A stretch of DNA of 64,000 bases, from positions 32,001-96,000 of IMG/VR virus record IMGVR_UViG_3300028831_000229; one strand, 5' to 3'. Of this stretch, positions 63,163 to 64,000 are shown one piece after another. The stretch is from a virus. A program made the translations under genes and the position numbers. Every line of letters starts with the position of its first letter. The stretch's first letter is position 1. The notes below the pieces were generated by a model. The model was not told the origin of the DNA, searched no databases, and saw only the letters and a program-made list of their open reading frames with translations.

Positions 63163-64000
63163 ATGAACCTCGACGATCTATTCGGTGGCGTCATCCTCGG
63201 TGGCACCACACTGGTGAAGGCTCAGGTCATCACCCCGGTTCGGGCAGCACGTCTGCCTGCGTTGCGCGATCTCACCGCAAAGCTCGAAGCGCTGTACGAC
63301 GAGCGCCTTTCGCTCATGATGGAAGACATCGACCGCGTTCTCGCGAACGCGGATGCGCGCAAGGCACTCGGCTTGTACGTCGTCGACGGGGGACTCTCCG
63401 GTGGATCGGACCTGCGCAAGGCTGTGCTGCACGAGGTTCAACAGCCGCAGTTCATCAACGATCTCTTCAAGGCCGCTCCGAAGACGGTGCCGACGCGTGT
63501 CGGCGGCAACAAGAGCGACCAAGGCACCGCACAGAAGTTCGAGCACGGCACGTACAGCACGCACCAGACCCCCAAGGGGAAGACGCAGCTGACGTTCCGC
63601 AGCCACACTGGCGTGACCGAAGACCTCGGTCAACACGGTGACCCCAAGGCAGTCGAGAGCGCGCAGTCGAAGCACCTCGCGTCTCACGGCTACGCGCCGA
63701 CTGGCAAGAAGGTCGGTCGTCCGTCTACCGGACAGAAGGCCGAGCGCAAGGAAGTGACGCAGGCGACCGCTGGCTCTCGCGGTGGCAAGTATTACGTCAC
63801 GGCGAGCGGCAAGATTCGCTACGGCACGAAGCCGCAAGGCGAGTTCGCGCGCGAAGCCGACCCGTCCGAGATCGCGCAGCACCTCTCGCACTACCGTCCG
63901 TTACCGTTCATGGGGACGAATGGCAACGACGCGAAGCTGATCAAGCACCTCATGGACAACGGTGAGGAGCTTGGCTTCTCCGACACGGACATCCAGTTTC
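63163..64000 (+). CDS. 3'-partial large head-region protein (absent from the ORF track because it has no stop in the window)
   Basis: Open frame MNLDDLFGG...LVKAQ...LRKAV...LFKAA...GSRGGKYYVTASGKIRYG... runs to the window end. Confidence 0.8.
   Translation, partial: MNLDDLFGGVILGGTTLVKAQVITPVRAARLPALRDLTAKLEALYDERLSLMMEDIDRVLANADARKALGLYVVDGGLSGGSDLRKAVLHEVQQPQFINDLFKAAPKTVPTRVGGNKSDQGTAQKFEHGTYSTHQTPKGKTQLTFRSHTGVTEDLGQHGDPKAVESAQSKHLASHGYAPTGKKVGRPSTGQKAERKEVTQATAGSRGGKYYVTASGKIRYGTKPQGEFAREADPSEIAQHLSHYRPLPFMGTNGNDAKLIKHLMDNGEELGFSDTDIQF

Noticed and set aside
1-64000. CRISPR array, reverse transcriptase/DGR/retron, integrase, transposase, stop-codon recoding
   Set aside because: No regularly spaced repeats, no YxDD RT, and no recombinase or transposase motifs seen. 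Known genes are full length and end at TAA, TAG and TGA under the standard code.

Overview
This is a segment of a large, GC-rich tailed dsDNA bacteriophage genome. It is gene-dense and almost entirely on the + strand, apart from a leftward block at about 34.4-36.7 kb and one small minus-strand ORF near 40.2 kb. I saw no host housekeeping genes, integrase, rRNA, tRNA or CRISPR array. 1-25 kb is a replication/recombination region: CobT-like VWA protein, family A DNA polymerase, UvsY-like mediator, gp32-like SSB, RecA, a second VWA protein, KTSC, SbcD/SbcC, adenine methyltransferase, Holliday junction resolvase and a KhpA-like KH protein. 26-29 kb holds HTH/TerS-like genes and a large terminase resembling those of SPO1/Twort-like (Herelleviridae) phages. 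29-37 kb has small Cys-rich genes, a candidate packaging/origin site at 34.2 kb and a Topo VI-A-like (Mini-A-type) gene. 37-49 kb has nucleotide metabolism genes (NDT, ThyX, Tmk, Dcd), a holin-lipoprotein-GH25 lysis cassette, a candidate structured RNA and a possible DNA-modification trio. 49-64 kb has a Herelleviridae-like portal followed by large proteins punctuated by [hydrophobic]-x-K-[S/A/G] motifs. The strongest candidate for an undescribed system is this last block. It appears to encode protease-processed, head-packaged polyproteins that carry a sigma70-like factor, a type IB topoisomerase with a eukaryote-like N-terminal cap, and a Cys-His-Asp enzyme module, several of them led by a repeated GxRGG...GK.xY peptide. 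All family calls come from motif recognition by eye; no searches were run.
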